DNA of 64,000 nt from an uncultured Bdellovibrionales bacterium (GTDB lineage: Bacteria > Patescibacteriota > Minisyncoccia > Moranbacterales > UBA1568): the NCBI GenBank assembly GCA_964384235.1, contig CAYLJX010000005.1, positions 5,289 to 69,288 on the forward strand, given 5' to 3'. The position numbers and the translations under genes were made by a program. This document shows, piece by piece, positions 28,179-38,018 of this stretch; the stretch's first letter is position 1; each line of letters opens with the position of its first letter. The notes beneath the pieces were generated by a model that was given only the letters and a program-made list of their open reading frames with translations, ran no database searches and was not told the origin of the DNA.

Positions 28179-31100
28179 CTATTCTTCCGTGACGCGTTCG
28201 ATCTCTTCGAGAGTGGTCTTGCCTTCGAGGACGGAGAGAATGCCGTCCTGGGCGAGGGTGATCATGCCGTTCTCGATCGCCTTGCTTTCGATCTCGTGGG
28301 CGAGCGCTCCTTGGGTGATCAGGGCGGCGATGTCTTTGTCGAGAGAGAGGACCTCGCTTATGATGACCTGCCCGTTGAAGCCGCTCCCGTTGCATTCGGG
28401 GCAGCCCTTGGCACGGAAGAGGGAAACAGTGTCAGATACCTGTTTTTTGAGTGCGGGTGGCAGCGTGGCGATGATTTTTTCCATGAGCGCGCGTTCTTCC
28501 GGGGTGGTGTCGGATTTTTCTTTGCAGTGGTCGCAGAGGCGGCGCACCAGGCGCTGCGCGATGAAGGCGTTCCCGGCGTTCGCGAGATCGTCGCTGCTGA
28601 TACCCATGCCGAGAAGGCGGGGAATGGTGCCTGAGGCGTTGTTGGCATGGAGCGTCGAGAGGACGAGGTGGCCGGTGACGGCGGCCTGGACGGCGATTCC
28701 CGCGGTCTCCTGGTCGCGGATCTCACCGATCATGAGGATGTCAGGGTTCTGCCGGAGAAGCGAACGGAGTGCGGTGGCGAAGGTGTATCCGTCCGCCTCG
28801 TTGATCTGGGTCTGGAGCAGTCCCGGGATCTGATACTCGATCGGGTCCTCGACGGTGATGATCTTGATTTCCGGCGTGTTGATGTGGGAGAGGAGGCTGT
28901 AGAGCGTGGTAGTCTTGCCGGAGCCGGTCGGACCGGCGTTGAGGATGATGCCATAGGGCTTCTTCACGGCTTCCAGGATGCGGTCGAGGTTTTCCTGGCG
29001 GATGTCGAGGGACTCGAGCTTGAGGGAAGTGGCGGACTTGTTGAGGAGACGCATCACGACCGTCTCGCCGAAGCCGCCGAGGATGAGCGAGAGACGGACA
29101 TCGATCTTGGTGTCGGTGACGGAGCCGTAGGGTTCCTGGAGGGTGAGAGAGAAGCGTCCGTCCGTGACCCCGGCGCGTTCGCCTGATTTCAATCCGGCGA
29201 AGATCTTGATCTGGCCGAGGATGGCCGGGTATTCGTCCAGAGGAAAGGAGAGGGCGTTCTTGAGAATGCCGTCGATACGGTAGCGGACCAGGACGTTCTC
29301 TTCGGTCGGTTCGATGTGGATGTCGCCGGCCCGCAGGAGGAGCGCCGCCGCAAAGACCGTCTTGAGGAAGGTCTGCTGGTCGATCGTCCCGACGTAGGCG
29401 GCGAGGTCGTCGAGCGAGGCGAGGTGGGTTTCGGTTTCCGCGAGGATCGCCGGCGAGAGGAAGGAGTGCGACGAGAGGGCGCTCGGCATGAGTTCCGCGT
29501 AGACTTTCTTGAGCATGTCGCCCTGATCCGCCACGCGCCAGACTTCCTCGAAGGTGGTGATGCCCTCGATGGCCTTGAGGATACCGTCCTGGGTCATGGT
29601 GATCATACCGTCCTCGAGGGCGACCTTGGTGATCTCGTCTTCGGTGCCGAGATCGTTGATGATCTTGATGAGGGTCGGGCTCATGACGAAGACTTCGAAG
29701 ATGCCGATCCGGCCACGATAGCCGGTGAAGTGACACTCCGCGCAGCCGGCCGCTTTCCAGAGCTTGTCGATGGTCTTGGGGACGGTGATCTTGGCCTTGG
29801 GGGAAACGATGGAGATGAGCTGCTTGAGGGAGGCGACGGTCTCTTCGGCCGGGGCGTAGGACTCTCTGCAGGACGGGCAGAGCTTGCGGACGAGGCGCTG
29901 CGCGATGAGGGCGTTGACGGAAGAAGTGATGAGGTTCGGTTTGACGCCGAGCTCGAGGAGGCGCGGGATGGAGGCCGGGGCGCTGTTGGCGTGGAGCGTC
30001 GAGAGGACGAGGTGGCCGGTGAGGGCAGCGTTGATGGCGATGTCGGCGGTCTCGTCGTCTCGGATCTCGCCGACGAGGATGACATCCGGGTCCTGGCGGA
30101 CGACGGCGCGCAGGGCTTGGGCGAAGGTGTAGCTCTTGCTTTTGGAGACCTCCGTCTGGAGGATGCCGGGAAGGTTGTATTCGATCGGATCCTCGACGGT
30201 GATGATCTTGACGCCGGGCTGGTTGATGGTGTTGAGCAGACTGTAGAGTGTGGTGGTCTTGCCGGAGCCGGTCGGACCGGTGTTGAGGATCATTCCGTGA
30301 GGCTTCTCGATCTGCTTGCGCACTTCCTCATAGGCGAGGCCGCGCAGTCCGAGGTCTTCTACTTCGACGATGATGTCGTCGCTACTGAGGAGACGCATGT
30401 TGAGGCTTTCACCGTGCTTGCCGGGGATGCTGTTGACACGGATGTCGATACGCTTTTCATCCATGGTGACGAAGAAGTGTCCGTCCTGGGCCCGGTCCCG
30501 CACGTTGAGGCGCATCTTGCCGAGCATCTTGATGCGGGAGAGCGCGAGGTGATAGATATCCGGGGAAAATTTCCCCACGTCTTGCAGGACGCCGTCGATA
30601 CGGTAGCGGAGGCGCGCATCATCTTCTTCCGGTTCGATATGGATGTCGCTCGCCTTCATCTTCTTGGCGCCGGCCAGGATGACTTCCAGGATGTTCGAGA
30701 CGGAAGTCTGGTGCAGGTTGTCCTTGAGCTGGAGGAGGGCGCCGAAGTTCTCCTCGAATTTCTCGAGATCGTTTCCCGAGAGGTTGACCCGTATCAGGTC
30801 CAGGCTTTCCAAGAGCGAGGTCCGGGTGTAGGCGGCGAGGGCTTTCTCGAAGGACGGTCGGGAAACGACGTGGAGAGTGGTATCCCAGCCATGCCCGGAG
30901 GCGAGTGTCTGAACGTACTCGAGCGTTGCCTGGTTTCCAGGATCGACGATGGCGATGTGGGTCGTCTCGCCGGTCTTCTGGAAGAGGGCGACCTCATGTT
31001 TCTTTGCGTCTTCCTTGGGAATGAGCGCGAGGTCCTCGGGATCGAGCGGGAAGAGGTGGAGATCGATATAGGAGAGACCGTTTTTGGCGGCGAGTGTCGC

Positions 31101-31208
31101 GGCCTCCTCTTCGATCGAGGCTTCGTGCATCTTCTTGAGGAGCGCGTCGGCCCTGGCTTGCTTTTCGGGATCGCCGATTGAAGGGATGGAGGAGATGACT
31201 TTGGGCAT
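28179..31208 (-). CDS. Tandem double-domain GspE/PilB-family ATPase
   Basis: Two full sets of GPTGSGKTTT, VEDPIEY, GEIRD, TGHLVLSTLHAN and CxxC...CxxC. Confidence 0.93.
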   Translation of the reverse strand: MPKVISSIPSIGDPEKQARADALLKKMHEASIEEEAATLAAKNGLSYIDLHLFPLDPEDLALIPKEDAKKHEVALFQKTGETTHIAIVDPGNQATLEYVQTLASGHGWDTTLHVVSRPSFEKALAAYTRTSLLESLDLIRVNLSGNDLEKFEENFGALLQLKDNLHQTSVSNILEVILAGAKKMKASDIHIEPEEDDARLRYRIDGVLQDVGKFSPDIYHLALSRIKMLGKMRLNVRDRAQDGHFFVTMDEKRIDIRVNSIPGKHGESLNMRLLSSDDIIVEVEDLGLRGLAYEEVRKQIEKPHGMILNTGPTGSGKTTTLYSLLNTINQPGVKIITVEDPIEYNLPGILQTEVSKSKSYTFAQALRAVVRQDPDVILVGEIRDDETADIAINAALTGHLVLSTLHANSAPASIPRLLELGVKPNLITSSVNALIAQRLVRKLCPSCRESYAPAEETVASLKQLISIVSPKAKITVPKTIDKLWKAAGCAECHFTGYRGRIGIFEVFVMSPTLIKIINDLGTEDEITKVALEDGMITMTQDGILKAIEGITTFEEVWRVADQGDMLKKVYAELMPSALSSHSFLSPAILAETETHLASLDDLAAYVGTIDQQTFLKTVFAAALLLRAGDIHIEPTEENVLVRYRIDGILKNALSFPLDEYPAILGQIKIFAGLKSGERAGVTDGRFSLTLQEPYGSVTDTKIDVRLSLILGGFGETVVMRLLNKSATSLKLESLDIRQENLDRILEAVKKPYGIILNAGPTGSGKTTTLYSLLSHINTPEIKIITVEDPIEYQIPGLLQTQINEADGYTFATALRSLLRQNPDILMIGEIRDQETAGIAVQAAVTGHLVLSTLHANNASGTIPRLLGMGISSDDLANAGNAFIAQRLVRRLCDHCKEKSDTTPEERALMEKIIATLPPALKKQVSDTVSLFRAKGCPECNGSGFNGQVIISEVLSLDKDIAALITQGALAHEIESKAIENGMITLAQDGILSVLEGKTTLEEIERVTEE

Positions 31209-31320
31209 ATTGGTTTTCTGGTTACGCTTTGTTTCCCTTATTGTACCGCAAAGGGGTTTTTTTGAGTATGAAAAACCCCTCTCTTTCGAGAGGGGTTGAA
31301 GGTTTTGCCGGAGGAGGATT

Positions 31321-32472
31321 TTATGACGGCAAGGTCTTGAATATCTGCTGCCACTTCTCTATCGTCTTGAGTTCGGCTTCCTCGAGGCTCCTCGCGTCGA
31401 CGGTGAAGGAGAAGAGATCGCCCTGAAGTTCGCCTTCCCGGAAACGCTCGGCGAGCGCCGTGAGATTCTCCTGGGAAACGGCCTTGACGATGCCGCGCAC
31501 CATCGAGACAGATTCCGGATAGAGGAGGAGGAAGAACGTGGCGGAAGAATAGTTGCTCTTGATGCGTTCCAGGACGGCCGGCAGGTCCTCGACGCGCGAA
31601 CGGCTCTGCACGAGGTCCTCGAGGGAGACGGGCGCCCAGATGAGCTTGAGCTCCTCGTTCCATTTGACTCCCGCCATGACGCGGCCCCAGAGTTTGAGGA
31701 GATTGAGGGGCTGCGTCTTGTAGAGCGAACGGACGATTTTCTGCTGGTCGGCGCCTTTGTCCATGAGCTGGGAGGCGAGCTGGAGCGCTTTGGGAGTAGT
31801 ATTCTTTTTCTGGAAGCTCTCCGTGGCGGAGATGATGCCGGTGAGGAGACATTCCGCTATTCTTTCGTCAATGGCGTCGGGAGCGGCACGTTCGATGAGC
31901 TCCGTCGCGATCTCGGAAACGGACGAAGCGGTGATGTCGACGAAGTTTACCTGACCGAAGAGTTCGTTCTGCGAATGGTTGTCGATGTTGATGAGCGGGA
32001 TCTCGTAGAAGATGTCGGCGTTGTTCTCGTAGATCTTCCCGACGGATTCCTTGTCCGGGGCACCGACGATGAGACACAGGTCGAACTTGAACTGCGCGGG
32101 GATGAAGGAGAAATCGCGCGGGTCGATGGTGTTGTGCTCGGGCGTGAGGTAGATGCGGAGCTCCTGACCGACCGTCTCGGTGCGCACGTCGATGATCTTG
32201 TTGCGTTCGGTGTTGAAGGAAAGCACGAAGTCGCGCGCTCCCTCGATGGCCGAGAGGAGTCCTTCCGGTTCCGGGAGGAACGCGAGCTCAGTCTTGTCGC
32301 GGAGCACGTTGTCGCCGGCCACCGTCGCGTCCTTGCCATGCTTCTTGAGAAAGAAGGCGAGGGCGTAGGCGGAAGCGACGGCATCGCGGGTGGGATAGGT
32401 CGGGAGGAGAATGAGGGGACGGGAGGATTTTTTGAAGAGTTCCTGGAATTGTTGGACAGAGGTCAAGGACAT
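31321..32472 (-). CDS. Degenerate DHH-family phosphoesterase homolog
   Basis: PTRDAVAS, INIDNHSQN, ASSVSEI, AECLLTGIISATESF; DHH reads DNH and the DTG motif reads ATE. Confidence 0.8.
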   Translation of the reverse strand: MSLTSVQQFQELFKKSSRPLILLPTYPTRDAVASAYALAFFLKKHGKDATVAGDNVLRDKTELAFLPEPEGLLSAIEGARDFVLSFNTERNKIIDVRTETVGQELRIYLTPEHNTIDPRDFSFIPAQFKFDLCLIVGAPDKESVGKIYENNADIFYEIPLINIDNHSQNELFGQVNFVDITASSVSEIATELIERAAPDAIDERIAECLLTGIISATESFQKKNTTPKALQLASQLMDKGADQQKIVRSLYKTQPLNLLKLWGRVMAGVKWNEELKLIWAPVSLEDLVQSRSRVEDLPAVLERIKSNYSSATFFLLLYPESVSMVRGIVKAVSQENLTALAERFREGELQGDLFSFTVDARSLEEAELKTIEKWQQIFKTLPS

Positions 32473-32629
32473 ACGATCGGAAAGGCAAAAGTCAAAAGAC
32501 AAAAGTCAAAACGGGCTGAAACTGGGGAGCGGGTAAGAAATCAAGATACCAGAGGAAAACGTTCGTGTCAAACGAAGACGCATTTCACAAGAAGTAATAA
32601 TATAGAGTACTATGAGAATGTTTTTTATT

Positions 32630-32716
32630 TGTCATTCCGAGCGATTCCGCGTTGCGGAAGAGTCGAGGAATCTATTTAAGCACAAAAAAGATCCCTCGGC
32701 TTCGCTCGGGATGACA
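32630..32716. repeat. GTCAT...ATGAC palindromic element (REP/RPE/dRS3-like), copy 1
   Basis: TGTCATTCCGAGCGA...TCGCTCGGGATGACA. Confidence 0.7.
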
Positions 32717-32729
32717 GTTTTATAAGCAT

Positions 32730-33173
32730 ATGAAACAATACACCACTCATTCCGCGGAAGAAACGAGAGAACTTGGCAAAGAGATTGCCAAGACGTTGCG
32801 GCCAAAGACACTCGTGTGTCTTACGGGCGATCTCGGTGCAGGCAAGACGACCCTGGTGCAGGGTTTACTTGAAGAGCTGGGCGCCGAGCGCCCCTACGTC
32901 AGTCCTACGTTTGTTATCATGAAACAGTACGACCTTGAAACATCGAATGCGAACGGCATCGTACGTATCTACCACGCCGACGCCTACCGCGTCGAGACCA
33001 AGGACTTCGAGACCATCGGTTTCTCCGAATGGCTCTCCGACCCAGAGGGCCTCACTCTCCTCGAGTGGCCCGAGCGCGTCGCGGAGCTTCTTCCGCCTCA
33101 GTGCATCGAGATATCGCTCAAGAGCGTGAGCGAAACAGACCGGGAAATTTCCGTGGAACAAAAAACTGCCTGA
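32730..33173 (+). CDS. tsaE: tRNA t6A biosynthesis ATPase TsaE
   Basis: GDLGAGKTT, SPTF, HADAYR, LEWPE. Confidence 0.96.
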   Translation: MKQYTTHSAEETRELGKEIAKTLRPKTLVCLTGDLGAGKTTLVQGLLEELGAERPYVSPTFVIMKQYDLETSNANGIVRIYHADAYRVETKDFETIGFSEWLSDPEGLTLLEWPERVAELLPPQCIEISLKSVSETDREISVEQKTA

Positions 33174-33218
33174 ACAGGCAGTTTTGCTTTCTTTGAGCCA
33201 AAGAAGTATACTCACAGT

Positions 33219-35846
33219 ATGGAAAAGAAGCCGAAAAAACTGGTGTTGTTGGATGGGAACGCGCTTATTCATCGGGCGTACCATGCGCTGCCGCCGCTGA
33301 CGACCAAGGAGGGAGAGGTGGTCAATGCGGTGTACGGTTTCGCGATGACCTTGCTCGCGGTTGTGGAGAAATTCAAACCCGACTATATCGCGGCATCGTT
33401 CGATCTCGCCGGGCCGACCTTCCGTGACGGGCTGTACGAAAAGTACAAGGCGACGAGGCAGAAAGCACCAGACGATCTCTACGCGCAGATCCCTCGGGTG
33501 AAGGAAGTGGTGCGAGCCTTCAATATCCCCATTTACGAGCAGGAAGGTTTTGAGGCAGACGACTGCGTGGGGACGCTCGCTCGTCAGGCGGAAAAAGAAA
33601 ACGTCGAGACGATCATCGTGACCGGTGACAACGACGCGCTCCAGCTCGTGACACCGCTTACGAAAGTGTTTTCCATCCGCAAGGGCATCAAGGATCTCGT
33701 CCTCTACGATGAGGCGGCAGTCGAGGCGAAGTATGGTTTCAAGGCGGCGAACATTCCCGATTACAAGGGGCTCGCCGGCGATGCTTCGGACAATATTCCC
33801 GGCGTGAAGGGCATCGGGGACAAGACGGCCTGTGATCTCCTGAAACGATACGAAACGCTCGAAAACCTCTACGATCATCTCGACGAGCTCAAGGACGCGG
33901 TGCACAAGAAGTTGGAAGCGGACAAGGAGAACGCCTTTCTCTCGAAGAAGCTCGGTACGATCGATACTAATGCACCGGTACAGATCAATCTTTCTCATGC
34001 GGTGGCGGTCGAATATGACCGGGTGCAGGTGACGGAGCTTTTTCGGGACTTGGGATTTTTCAGTCTCCTCAAGAGACTCGGGACGAATGATGGTGACAAG
34101 GGACAAGCGACAAGTGACAAGAGAGATACCAAGACAGGAAACAAGGCGAAGTCAAAGAAACTGAAGAGCAGTGAAGAGGTGGAGAAGTGGTTGGAAAAAA
34201 ACAAGGGCAAGGGTGTGGCGGTGTGGATCGGGAAGGGCGAAGCGTCGCTCTTCGGCGGTGAGGGAATCGCCGAGGTGAAGTTCGCGACTTCCGAGGATGA
34301 ACAGACGGTTGTCGTGTGGAACGATGAGACGAAACGAATACTGAAGATATTTTTGGAAGATACGAAACGGCCCAAGATCGTCTACGACGCGAAGGCCATG
34401 ATGCACCTCTTGGCGAATGAAGACATCGGACTCGGAGGCGTCGCGCGCGACGTGCTCCTCATCGCTTACCTCCTCCACTCCGGCGGCAACGTCGAATTCG
34501 AGCAGCTCGTCTTTCAGGAGCTCGGGCACGATCATTCCGACGCGGAAGCGGCGCACCTCTACGGCGTGAACGCGCGCCTCGGCGAACAGATGAAAAAGAT
34601 ATCTTCCGAGCAGGAGGCGGGCCGCACACTCCTCGACGTCTACGGTGAGATCGAACTCCCGCTCATCCCGGTGCTCTTCCGGATGGAACGTCACGGTATC
34701 CGTCTCAACGGGAAAAAATTCGAAGCGCTCTCGAAGGAACTGGAACAGGAACTGAAAGCGCTCGAACAAGACATCCACATGTTCGCCGGAAGAGAGTTCA
34801 ATATCAACTCGCCCAAGCAGCTTTCCGAAGTGCTCTTCACCGATCTCAAGATCCCGACTACCAACATCAAGAAGACCAAGACGGGCATCTCCACCGCGTC
34901 GACGGAACTGCAGAAGCTCGCCGAGTATCCGATCGTCGCGAAGATCGAGAGCTATCGCGAACTCTTCAAACTCAAGACTACCTATCTCGACGTCCTGCCG
35001 ACACTCGTCGACAAGAACTCGCGCCTCCATACCACATTTCACCAGGCCGTGGCGGCGACAGGGCGGCTCTCGTCATCCGATCCCAACCTGCAGAACATTC
35101 CCGCGCGTAATTCCTGGAGCGAGCGCGTGCGTGGAGCGTTCGAGGCGAGCGAGGGATACGTGCTCGTCGGAGCGGACTACTCGCAGATCGAGCTTCGCGC
35201 CATGGCGCACATGTCAGGAGACCCGTCGCTTGTCGAGTCTTTTAAAAAGGGCGAGGATGTCCATCGTACGACGGCATCGGTCGTCTTCAAGGTGAAGCCG
35301 GAGGAAGTGAACGCCGATATGCGACGCCAGGCCAAAGTCTTCAACTTCGGCATCATGTACGGGATGGGGAGTTTCGGACTCTCGCAGGCGGCGCAGATCG
35401 ACCAGAAGGAAGCGGCGACATTCATCGCGGAATACTTCAAGAAATTCGCGCGCGTGAAGGAGTTCATGGAGACGATGAAGCAGCAGGCGCGCGAGAAAGG
35501 ATACGTCGAGACGGAGGCGGGGCGTCGTCGCTACGTGCCGGAGATCGAGAGCGGCAACGTGCAGATCGTCCGGGCCGCGGAACGAATGGCGATCAACATG
35601 CCGATTCAGGGACTGGAAGCGGATATCGTGAAGCTCGGAATGATCCAAGTGGACAAGATCGTCCGTGAGTACGGCGACGATGCGCGCATGGTCCTCCAGG
35701 TCCACGACGAGCTCATCTTCGAAGTGCGCAAGGAAAAAGCGGACGCTTTCGCGAAGGAGATCAAGAAAGCGATGGAGAGCGCTTATCCTCTCCGTGTCCC
35801 TCTCATCGCCGAAGTAGCCATCGGAAAGAACTGGGGAGAGATCTGA
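33219..35846 (+). CDS. polA: DNA polymerase I (5'-3' exonuclease + polymerase; 3'-5' exo domain degenerate)
   Basis: LDGNALIHRAYHA, GDASDNIPGV, TGRLSS.DPNLQNIP, DYSQIELR, KVFNFGIMYG, QVHDEL. Confidence 0.98.
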   Translation: MEKKPKKLVLLDGNALIHRAYHALPPLTTKEGEVVNAVYGFAMTLLAVVEKFKPDYIAASFDLAGPTFRDGLYEKYKATRQKAPDDLYAQIPRVKEVVRAFNIPIYEQEGFEADDCVGTLARQAEKENVETIIVTGDNDALQLVTPLTKVFSIRKGIKDLVLYDEAAVEAKYGFKAANIPDYKGLAGDASDNIPGVKGIGDKTACDLLKRYETLENLYDHLDELKDAVHKKLEADKENAFLSKKLGTIDTNAPVQINLSHAVAVEYDRVQVTELFRDLGFFSLLKRLGTNDGDKGQATSDKRDTKTGNKAKSKKLKSSEEVEKWLEKNKGKGVAVWIGKGEASLFGGEGIAEVKFATSEDEQTVVVWNDETKRILKIFLEDTKRPKIVYDAKAMMHLLANEDIGLGGVARDVLLIAYLLHSGGNVEFEQLVFQELGHDHSDAEAAHLYGVNARLGEQMKKISSEQEAGRTLLDVYGEIELPLIPVLFRMERHGIRLNGKKFEALSKELEQELKALEQDIHMFAGREFNINSPKQLSEVLFTDLKIPTTNIKKTKTGISTASTELQKLAEYPIVAKIESYRELFKLKTTYLDVLPTLVDKNSRLHTTFHQAVAATGRLSSSDPNLQNIPARNSWSERVRGAFEASEGYVLVGADYSQIELRAMAHMSGDPSLVESFKKGEDVHRTTASVVFKVKPEEVNADMRRQAKVFNFGIMYGMGSFGLSQAAQIDQKEAATFIAEYFKKFARVKEFMETMKQQAREKGYVETEAGRRRYVPEIESGNVQIVRAAERMAINMPIQGLEADIVKLGMIQVDKIVREYGDDARMVLQVHDELIFEVRKEKADAFAKEIKKAMESAYPLRVPLIAEVAIGKNWGEI

Positions 35847-35882
35847 AACAGCGATCGGTATTTAGAAAACATACCTTATATT

Positions 35883-36800
35883 ATGAACATGGAGAGATTC
35901 AGATTACCGGAGGAAATGTCCCGGGCATCACGGGAAGCATCGTCTGAGCGAGAATCGGAAGAGAGGTTTTACGATTTGCTTGAGACGTTGGTACCCCAAT
36001 TGAGAGAACGGTGGGAGAGGGAACTGGAAGAGAAGGTCGGGACCGGCGAGATGGATTTTTCTCAGGCATGTCGGAAAATAGAAAGCGTCATCGCTGAACG
36101 GGAAAAGGCGCTCTATCATTCGTATACACCCGTCACGAAAGGCTCGTTCGATTGGATGGAGATCCCGCTCGAGAGCGAGAAGCTCAACAGTACCGTCGAA
36201 AGACTGCTTTCCTCCCGTCTTGAGGAAAACCTGCTGGGAAGCGGGGCCGTTGCGAAGGTGTACCGTGTCGAAAATACCGAGAGTATCTGCGTGAAGGTGG
36301 TCGAGAACGAGCAGACATATCGCATGGGGAACACCATTTTTCAGGAATCCCAGTTTTTGGAAGATTTGTCCGATTATGAGGTGGACGGGGTGAGGACGCC
36401 GCATTTCATCCAGTGTTTTTCCGGAGGAAGGATGAACGCGATCGTTATGGAAGAGATACGTGGGGCGAGTCTCGAGCAGATCATGAACGGGGATGAGGGG
36501 TTTCCGGAGCAGTTCGATTTTTCCGATTTCTTCGCGCGACTGAAGCGTTACTTCGAGGCCCTGCATCGAAAGAATTATTTTCATCTGGATATAGCCCCGC
36601 GCAACATCATGGTGGATAGGGAAACCGGTCTGCCGGTCGTCATCGATTTCGGGAAAGCGAAACACTTCCAGTTTTCGGAGGAGGTCACGCTGGAAGCGGA
36701 AAGGGACCTGGCCGGTTTTGAGGCGGTCAAAGCCGAGACAAAGAACTTCCTGGGAGGGAAGTCTCGGAAGGGCAGTATTGACAAAAAATCGTTTCTCTAG
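35883..36800 (+). CDS. Protein kinase-like (ePK/RIO/Kdo fold) protein
   Basis: LGSGAVAKVY, CVKV, MEEIRG, HLDIAPRNIM, IDFG. Confidence 0.85.
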   Translation: MNMERFRLPEEMSRASREASSERESEERFYDLLETLVPQLRERWERELEEKVGTGEMDFSQACRKIESVIAEREKALYHSYTPVTKGSFDWMEIPLESEKLNSTVERLLSSRLEENLLGSGAVAKVYRVENTESICVKVVENEQTYRMGNTIFQESQFLEDLSDYEVDGVRTPHFIQCFSGGRMNAIVMEEIRGASLEQIMNGDEGFPEQFDFSDFFARLKRYFEALHRKNYFHLDIAPRNIMVDRETGLPVVIDFGKAKHFQFSEEVTLEAERDLAGFEAVKAETKNFLGGKSRKGSIDKKSFL

Positions 36801-36824
36801 TATAAATAACCCACCCTATATCCT

Positions 36825-37040
36825 ATGGAGGAAGACGTGTTCTCGAAAAAGCTCTTGGAAAAAGCCCGGAAAGAAGCACAAGTGATGCTCAAAGAAGGGC
36901 GCAGTGAAGGAGAAATCGTAGCAGGGAAAAAGGGGAAGCTGCGCATCACCGAGAATGCTGAAAAGGACGCAATGACGTCGTTTGAAATCGAGGGACGAAG
37001 ATTCTTCATCGTCCTTCCGAAACGTGACCTGGTTGCTTGA
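36825..37040 (+). CDS. Hypothetical small protein
   Basis: 71-aa ATG ORF downstream of a TTGACA-17-TATAAA promoter-like element (36778-36806). Confidence 0.55.
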   Translation: MEEDVFSKKLLEKARKEAQVMLKEGRSEGEIVAGKKGKLRITENAEKDAMTSFEIEGRRFFIVLPKRDLVA

Positions 37041-37077
37041 AGTTTGCGGCCAGGTTTTTTGTTGGAAATTTTTCATT

Positions 37078-37929
37078 ATGCCTGAACTGCCTGAAGTACA
37101 AACGGTCGTGTCGCAGCTGGGACGGAAAGTCACCGGCCTGAGAGTAGAGGGTTTTTGGACGGACTGGCCGAAGCAGGTTCGGGTGCCGCTTCGGACGCTC
37201 AAGAAGCAGATCGTCGGTGCGACCATCATCGGCACGCGCCGCTTCGGCAAGCACATCGTGATCGATCTCGGAAACGGTCTCTCGATCCTCATCCATCTCA
37301 AGATGACGGGGCACCTCCTCGTGAAGACACCGGCTAACCGGGACGCGAAGCACTTCAGAGAGGACCCGTACAATCAGTTCATCCATCATATTTTCATGCT
37401 CTCCCATGGGACGACCGTCGAGTTTTCCGACATGCGCAAGTTCGGTTGGATCGACGTGGTGGAGAGTCATCAGGTAGACAAGGTGGCGAGCGTCGCAGCC
37501 TTGGGTCGTGACGCGCTGTCCAAAGAGATGGATCTCGGACACTTCTCTGAGATCCTTGCTCGCAATACAAACAAGAAGATCGGTGCGTTGCTTCTCGAGC
37601 AGGAAAAAATCGCCGGCATCGGAAACATCTATCGGAGCGAGATACTCTTCCGGGCCGGTATCCGTCCCGTGCGCCTGACCGGATCGCTCACTCGCAAAGA
37701 GAAGGAGAAGCTTTTCGAAAAGATGAAAGAGACGCTCAAGGAAGCGACGAGGCTTCGTGGCACGTCGGACGGCGATTTTCGTGACACGAGCGGCAAACAA
37801 GGGAGTTTCCAGAAGACACTTTTCGTCTACGACCGCGAAGGAGAGCCGTGCAAGAAATGTGGTACAATGGTGGAGCGTAAAAAGATAGGACAACGGAGTG
37901 CTTTTTATTGCCCCCGCTGTCAGAAGTGA
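37078..37929 (+). CDS. mutM: Formamidopyrimidine-DNA glycosylase
   Basis: MPELPEV, HLKMTG, DMRKFG, GIGNIYRSE, C-terminal zinc finger CKKC..CPRCQ. Confidence 0.97.
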   Translation: MPELPEVQTVVSQLGRKVTGLRVEGFWTDWPKQVRVPLRTLKKQIVGATIIGTRRFGKHIVIDLGNGLSILIHLKMTGHLLVKTPANRDAKHFREDPYNQFIHHIFMLSHGTTVEFSDMRKFGWIDVVESHQVDKVASVAALGRDALSKEMDLGHFSEILARNTNKKIGALLLEQEKIAGIGNIYRSEILFRAGIRPVRLTGSLTRKEKEKLFEKMKETLKEATRLRGTSDGDFRDTSGKQGSFQKTLFVYDREGEPCKKCGTMVERKKIGQRSAFYCPRCQK

Positions 37930-37939
37930 CACCGATAGG

Positions 37940-38008
37940 TGTCATCCCGGACTCGATCCGGGATCCTGTAGTAAATAAGTAAGATCCTGAACCAAGTTCA
38001 GGATGACA
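37940..38008. repeat. GTCAT...ATGAC palindromic element, copy 2
   Basis: TGTCATCCCGGACTCGATCCGGGATC...GATCCTGAACCAAGTTCAGGATGACA. Confidence 0.75.
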
Positions 38009-38018
38009 ATATATAAAT

